From the IMG/VR virus record IMGVR_UViG_3300045988_183127: 64,000 bases of DNA; one strand, given 5' to 3'. This document shows positions 59,656 to 64,000 of this stretch, in pieces. Position 1 is the first letter of the stretch, and each line of letters starts with the position of its first letter. The notes under the pieces are model-generated. The model had not been told where the DNA came from and did not search any database. It worked only from the letters and a program-made list of their open reading frames with translations. The DNA comes from a virus. The position numbers and the translations under genes are program-made.

Positions 59656-60870
59656 TTACTCTGTTGCATCATAAAATTCTTTCTCCGGATACAATTCGTT
59701 CAAATTTTCTGCTAAATCAATTTCTTCAAGTAAAGCATTATAGTTCATTTTAATTTTCTCAGATTTAATTAAACTTAACATAGCATCTGCAATTACCGGA
59801 TCAAATTGAGTACTTTTACCTTTTTCAAGCTCATTGATTACAATTATTGAATCTAAATGTTTTCTATACACTCTGTCACTTGTCATTGCGTCAAAGGCAT
59901 CTGCCACAGAAATAATCCTTGCAATATAAGGTATTTGTTCTCCCTTTAAGCCATCTGGGTATCCTTTTCCATCATATCTTTCATGATGATATTTTGCTCC
60001 CAAATCAATGTCCTTAAGCATTGACATATCTTTTAAGATATTTCCGCCTATTACTGTGTGGTTCTTCATTACTTGGTACTCTTCATTTGTTAATTTCCCT
60101 GGTTTATTTAATATGCTATCCGGAATTCCTAGTTTTCCTATATCATGCAATAGTGCTATTGAATGAATATCTTCAATTTCATTTTTATTCATTCCTAATT
60201 TATATGCTAATAAGGCTGTATAATCTGCTACTCTGGTTGAATGGCCTTTGGTGTAATTATCTCTGGCATCGATAATATTTGCTATAGTTGTAACTGTTTG
60301 GAGAGACATTTTATTAATTTGTTCTATTTGATTTATTATTGTTTGTGTATTTTGCAAATTTAGGTCTGTATTTCTTTTATAAAACTTTGAAACAATATAT
60401 GCTGCTGCAAAGCATAAAATAATTATTGCAAGTTGTATCTCCATGTCTTTGCCACCTGATTTATCAATTTTATTATATGTCTTAATAAATATTGCCGTAA
60501 TATTCAACACTGTTGAAAATAAACCGGTTACTATAATTAAAGTTGGGTCATAATATAAAATTAAAAGCAGGATAATTGGGAATATATAAGTAAAACATAA
60601 AACAGTATTTCCTGTAAATAAGGTGAATGTATACATTATTAAAAACGAGAATGTTACAAAATATTTTAAAAATAGCCAGTTTTTATTATAAATAAAAACC
60701 AACCACCCTGTTAAATTCGGGATACTGATTAATATAGCAAATATTGCAAAATATGGTGGTGATATAGCATGTTTTAACATTTCACCAAAATAAATGCCTA
60801 ATAGTGTTATTGTTATTACTGACCAACCACATAAAAGTGATGTATTTAATCTTTCTTGTTCTCTATCCAT
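59656..60870 (-). CDS. membrane-bound HD-GYP c-di-GMP phosphodiesterase
   Basis: N-terminal TM domain; ALLHDIGKLGIP (HD) and HHERYDGKGYPDGLKG (HD-GYP). Confidence 0.85.
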   Translation of the reverse strand: MDREQERLNTSLLCGWSVITITLLGIYFGEMLKHAISPPYFAIFAILISIPNLTGWLVFIYNKNWLFLKYFVTFSFLIMYTFTLFTGNTVLCFTYIFPIILLLILYYDPTLIIVTGLFSTVLNITAIFIKTYNKIDKSGGKDMEIQLAIIILCFAAAYIVSKFYKRNTDLNLQNTQTIINQIEQINKMSLQTVTTIANIIDARDNYTKGHSTRVADYTALLAYKLGMNKNEIEDIHSIALLHDIGKLGIPDSILNKPGKLTNEEYQVMKNHTVIGGNILKDMSMLKDIDLGAKYHHERYDGKGYPDGLKGEQIPYIARIISVADAFDAMTSDRVYRKHLDSIIVINELEKGKSTQFDPVIADAMLSLIKSEKIKMNYNALLEEIDLAENLNELYPEKEFYDATE

Positions 60871-61093
60871 AGGTCCTCCTTATAGTCAAAAAAAGTTATA
60901 TTAATATATATATGACAGATAATATTAAAAAAAGAGTTCAACGTGACTAAGTAAGATCATGCTTACCGTTACCGCTGAACCCTTTTTATAAAAAATATAA
61001 TTAGCTCCTTTATTTTTAGCTAATAATAATATGACAGAATTAAAATAATTTTAACAAAAAAATCAGTGCCATAAAGACACTGATTTTAATTAT

Positions 61094-61672
61094 TTATGCT
61101 ATTTTTCTTTTATATATTGTAGAAAAATATCTTGGTATAATAGAATAATTTTCTATGATCTGATTATGAACATATTCTTCAGTTCTATTATCATTAAAAT
61201 TATTCTCCCAATTTTCCAAATACGACTCTCCTTTTGAAGTAAGCTTTTTTATCTCATACATATTAGTTCCATCGTGATGAGAACATGTAATATATAAATG
61301 GCCATTTGCATCATGTATACGAAAATAGTCACAATCCTTTGTTGCTTTACAGAATGCATCATCAAAATCTGAAAAAACATACGCTGTCTGATATTTTCCA
61401 TTCCATCTCTGAGTGAATCCAAAAATAATCCACTTTCCTTTATAATTAAAGAAATTCTTTAGATTTGAATGTTCATCTTCCCAATTAATGCGATCATTAA
61501 AGTATATTCTATCCCAAATTTCATCATCAGAAGGAATACAGCCATTTTCTTCAATTAAATCTTCTTTGGTAAAATCGTAGTTATCAGATAAATCATAATT
61601 GTCATAAATGATGTTCTTTTCCTTTTCTATAACAACAATATCTTTTTTCATAGTTTCCCTTTCTAAATCCAT
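61094..61672 (-). CDS. hypothetical protein
   Basis: 192-aa ORF overlapping upstream gene by 10 nt. Confidence 0.45.
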   Translation of the reverse strand: MDLERETMKKDIVVIEKEKNIIYDNYDLSDNYDFTKEDLIEENGCIPSDDEIWDRIYFNDRINWEDEHSNLKNFFNYKGKWIIFGFTQRWNGKYQTAYVFSDFDDAFCKATKDCDYFRIHDANGHLYITCSHHDGTNMYEIKKLTSKGESYLENWENNFNDNRTEEYVHNQIIENYSIIPRYFSTIYKRKIA

Positions 61673-62400
61673 GCAGGAGTTACCTTTGTTTCAGGCAAAT
61701 TATTAAGCCATTCAATTACATCCTGAGGCACTTCTTCTATTTTCCATGAAGATCCATATTTATAACCACATACAGGGCATGGTCTGCCAATGAATCCAAG
61801 CTTATGATCTTGATATGAAATCCAGTTTCTTGTCTTATATTCTGTGTTTGTATAGCCTAAACAATCTTTTTCCTTTAATTCATAAGCATTCTTATAAGGA
61901 ATTTCTTCATCATCATAAATCTCAATGGAATATTTCATATTTGTATATGCGGTTTCTTCCATTGTTGGTTCAAATGTTTCTCCATTTTTTAAACAATTCA
62001 AAGCTCTCTTTTCAGCATCTTCCTTTTTTTGATAAGCTTCCTTTGTTAATACCCATTTTTCAATTTTAACTTTATCCTGAATATGTTCTATCCATCCAAG
62101 TTCTTTCATATGTTCACAATAAGGACGCATATCATTTAAATGCCACTTATTCCAGATATCACAAAACTTTTTAAGCATTTTGGTGGTCCATTCATCAGTT
62201 GGAATGCCTTCTCTAATTTCATCAACACACTGGCCAGCAGAACCAAGGCAGTTACCATTTGCTAATGGAGCAATTACACCAGAAATACTTAAACATTTCC
62301 CATCATATTCAATTTTAGCAAAAGCATTTTTACTTACTTTATTTCCGGTAGTTGTATATACCTTACATTTACATGGATTAATAATTTTATTAATAGTCAT
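61663..62400 (-). CDS. hypothetical Cys-rich protein
   Basis: 245-aa ORF; CPVCGY and other Cys pairs; box 35 nt upstream. Confidence 0.45.
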   Translation of the reverse strand: MTINKIINPCKCKVYTTTGNKVSKNAFAKIEYDGKCLSISGVIAPLANGNCLGSAGQCVDEIREGIPTDEWTTKMLKKFCDIWNKWHLNDMRPYCEHMKELGWIEHIQDKVKIEKWVLTKEAYQKKEDAEKRALNCLKNGETFEPTMEETAYTNMKYSIEIYDDEEIPYKNAYELKEKDCLGYTNTEYKTRNWISYQDHKLGFIGRPCPVCGYKYGSSWKIEEVPQDVIEWLNNLPETKVTPAWI

Positions 62401-62448
62401 ATCTTTTTCTCCTTTAAATTTTTGTTATTTAAAATATGACAGAAAAAA

Positions 62449-62468
62449 AGCAGGAGATATCTCCTGCT
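62449..62468 (-). terminator. intrinsic terminator fused to promoter box
   Basis: AGCAGGAGATATCTCCTGCT then a T-run on the gene strand, abutting CTGTCATAT. Confidence 0.6.
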
Positions 62469-62818
62469 TTTTATGTATAAATTTAAAAATACTAAATATG
62501 ACCATTAAGTGCTGATAATAATTCAGCCTTATCATCTTCTGTAAGCATATTAACCATCTGTTTTAATACATGTTCTTTTTTTATTCCTTTAAGGTGCATA
62601 TTCCAAGCCTTGTCAAGTATGATTTTAAACAGCGGTGATGGATTAAGTCCAAGTTCAATTAAATCATCAGCCGTGATATGTGGTTCAGATGTTTGCTAAT
62701 AAGATATTTCTTTGTCTTTCCATAGTCGGTAAATAATTCCTGCTTTCTTCATTATTCTTATCTATATTATCACAAAGCTCATCATCCAAGCAATCATACA
62801 AATCCATATACTCTCTCC

Positions 62819-64000
62819 TTACAGGTCTAAATCAAAATCATCATCTTTAATATCATTATGTATTTCTACCTGTCTTACATAATCTTTATCATCCTTTGCT
62901 TTAAAATTATATACTGGCTTAATTATATTAACTATTTCTACTGTATCTTTAATATTTTCAATTATTTCATCCATAGGTTTATATACAAACGGAGATTCAT
63001 CTATAGTACTTAAAGCAACACTGGTGGTATATATTCCTTTCATACTATCTTCAAAATCTTTAAGATTTATTACATCTTTTGCTTTACTTCTACTAAGTAT
63101 TCTTCCTGCTCCATGTGGGGCGGAATAATTCCAGTCAGGATTACCTTTACCGATACATATTAAAGAGCCATCACGCATATTCATAGGGATAATAACTTCT
63201 TCCCCTTTAAGTGCTGATATAGCTCCTTTTCTTAATATCATTACTTTTAAGTCTATATAATTATGAGTTGTATTAAAACTGTGGTCTATTGTTAAATTCA
63301 TATGTTCTATAATTTCAGATGCTATTGCACATCTATTTCTTTTTGCATATTCCTGAGCAATCTTCATATCATGTAGGTAATCTTTCATATCCTGTCCTTC
63401 AAGATACGCTAATTCTTTGTTTACAGAAGGTATTGTATTATTGAATTTATCCTTAAGAGCCTGTAATGCTTTAGAAATCTCTTTTTCTTTACCGGCACTT
63501 TTATATTCTGTTATGAGTTTTTTGCTTAAATCTTTAAACTTACCACCAATATTTTTCTCTTTTAATCTTTCATAAGCTAGATTCTGATAATAGTTACAAA
63601 TTTCAATCCCTAAGTGTCTGCTTCCTGTGTGTATTACAAGCCATAAATTATCATCCTTATCTTTATCAACCTCTATAAAATGGTTTCCCCCGCCCAATGT
63701 GCCTATAGATTTATTAGCATTATCTATGTTTATAGGGGCAATTATATCTTCTAATTCCGAATAAATATTTTTAGCTTCTTTATGAATATTACAACCACTT
63801 GGTACATATTTGGTAATTACTTCATCTAATTTTTTATAATCTATTTTTTTTTCTTTTAACTTAATAGCAAGCATTCCACAGCCAATATCTACTCCTACCA
63901 GATTAGGTACTATCTTATTATTAATAGTCATAGTAGTACCTATAACACACCCTTTTCCTGCATGTGTATCCGGCATTATTCTAATTGTATTATCCTTAGC
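62819..64000 (-). CDS. rtcB: RtcB RNA ligase (N-terminus beyond window end)
   Basis: MPDTHAGKGCVIGTTM, GGGNHFIEVD, PHGAGR; reading frame open to position 64000. Confidence 0.85.
   Translation of the reverse strand, partial: AKDNTIRIMPDTHAGKGCVIGTTMTINNKIVPNLVGVDIGCGMLAIKLKEKKIDYKKLDEVITKYVPSGCNIHKEAKNIYSELEDIIAPINIDNANKSIGTLGGGNHFIEVDKDKDDNLWLVIHTGSRHLGIEICNYYQNLAYERLKEKNIGGKFKDLSKKLITEYKSAGKEKEISKALQALKDKFNNTIPSVNKELAYLEGQDMKDYLHDMKIAQEYAKRNRCAIASEIIEHMNLTIDHSFNTTHNYIDLKVMILRKGAISALKGEEVIIPMNMRDGSLICIGKGNPDWNYSAPHGAGRILSRSKAKDVINLKDFEDSMKGIYTTSVALSTIDESPFVYKPMDEIIENIKDTVEIVNIIKPVYNFKAKDDKDYVRQVEIHNDIKDDDFDLDL

Noticed and set aside
2505-62515. All plus-strand track ORFs other than the IS genes (e.g. 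2505..2810, 3831..4148, 11329..11556, 12631..12870, 13837..14067, 15037..15312, 16141..16347, 17363..17563, 17687..17914, 19616..20454, 20893..21168, 21646..22032, 23637..23918, 25073..25294, 25731..25970, 26105..26311, 30019..30207, 31126..31764, 31894..32259, 38729..38932, 43219..43545, 44110..44304, 45250..45701, 47341..47523, 54359..54541, 60021..60275, 61815..62069, 62180..62515)
   Set aside because: They lie antisense inside well-supported minus-strand genes. They lack SD sequences and boxes. They have low-complexity Ser/Leu/Ile-rich translations typical of shadow ORFs in AT-rich DNA.
1-64000. Stop-codon reassignment (TAG or TGA recoding as in some large gut phages)
   Set aside because: Long ORFs close with TAA, TAG and TGA at positions consistent with homolog lengths (for example DnaE-N TAG immediately followed by TGA, RecA, UvrD). 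No in-frame stops interrupt conserved domains except at the intron.
1-64000. CRISPR arrays and tRNA genes
   Set aside because: Scanning the intergenic spacers found no regularly spaced direct repeats with unique spacers and no cloverleaf candidates (GTTCRANYC-type T-loops). The repeats present are iteron-like or UTR elements.

Overview
This 64-kb segment is strongly AT-rich (roughly 30% G+C by eye, not computed). Almost every gene is on the minus strand, separated by short spacers. It looks like a large virulent-type phage, or a phage-like element, of a low-GC Gram-positive (Firmicutes-like) host. Two things point to that host: AGGAGG-type SD sequences precede nearly all starts, and most ORFs are small ORFan or membrane proteins. 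There is no sign of stop-codon reassignment.

A recognisable DNA-metabolism set is present:
- a family-C (DnaE-like) polymerase that is split into two separately encoded genes 5.7 kb apart, whose N-terminal gene is also interrupted by a ~425-nt ORF-less group I-like intron (18508..18932)
- a FEN/5-3 exonuclease, RecA, a RuvC-like resolvase, a RecJ-like DHH nuclease and two UvrD-family helicases, one carrying an N-terminal Cx2Cx5C domain
- a CHC2 zinc-finger protein, a dNMP kinase, a beta-class DNA methyltransferase and a Lar-type anti-restriction protein
- an RtcB RNA ligase and a sigma-70-family sigma factor

There is also unusual host-like cargo:
- adjacent membrane GGDEF cyclase and HD-GYP phosphodiesterase genes
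- a class A PBP
- a flotillin
- two CPBP proteases
- a Pol-beta-superfamily nucleotidyltransferase

The most striking sequence-level signal is an invariant TTCTGTCATAT box (gene strand). It occurs 39 times, usually fused to an upstream terminator hairpin plus T-run, and lies about 35 nt upstream of start codons. This gives a terminator-promoter cassette before almost every transcription unit.

Other non-coding signals are:
- a 57-bp repeat family in five 5-prime UTRs
- a 455-nt leader with three CATCCTACTTTT repeats and a terminator hairpin
- an iteron-like array
- two promoter-to-terminator units with no ORF

The only plus-strand genes are an IS3-family element, inserted with a TAT duplication into the loop of an intergenic terminator hairpin.
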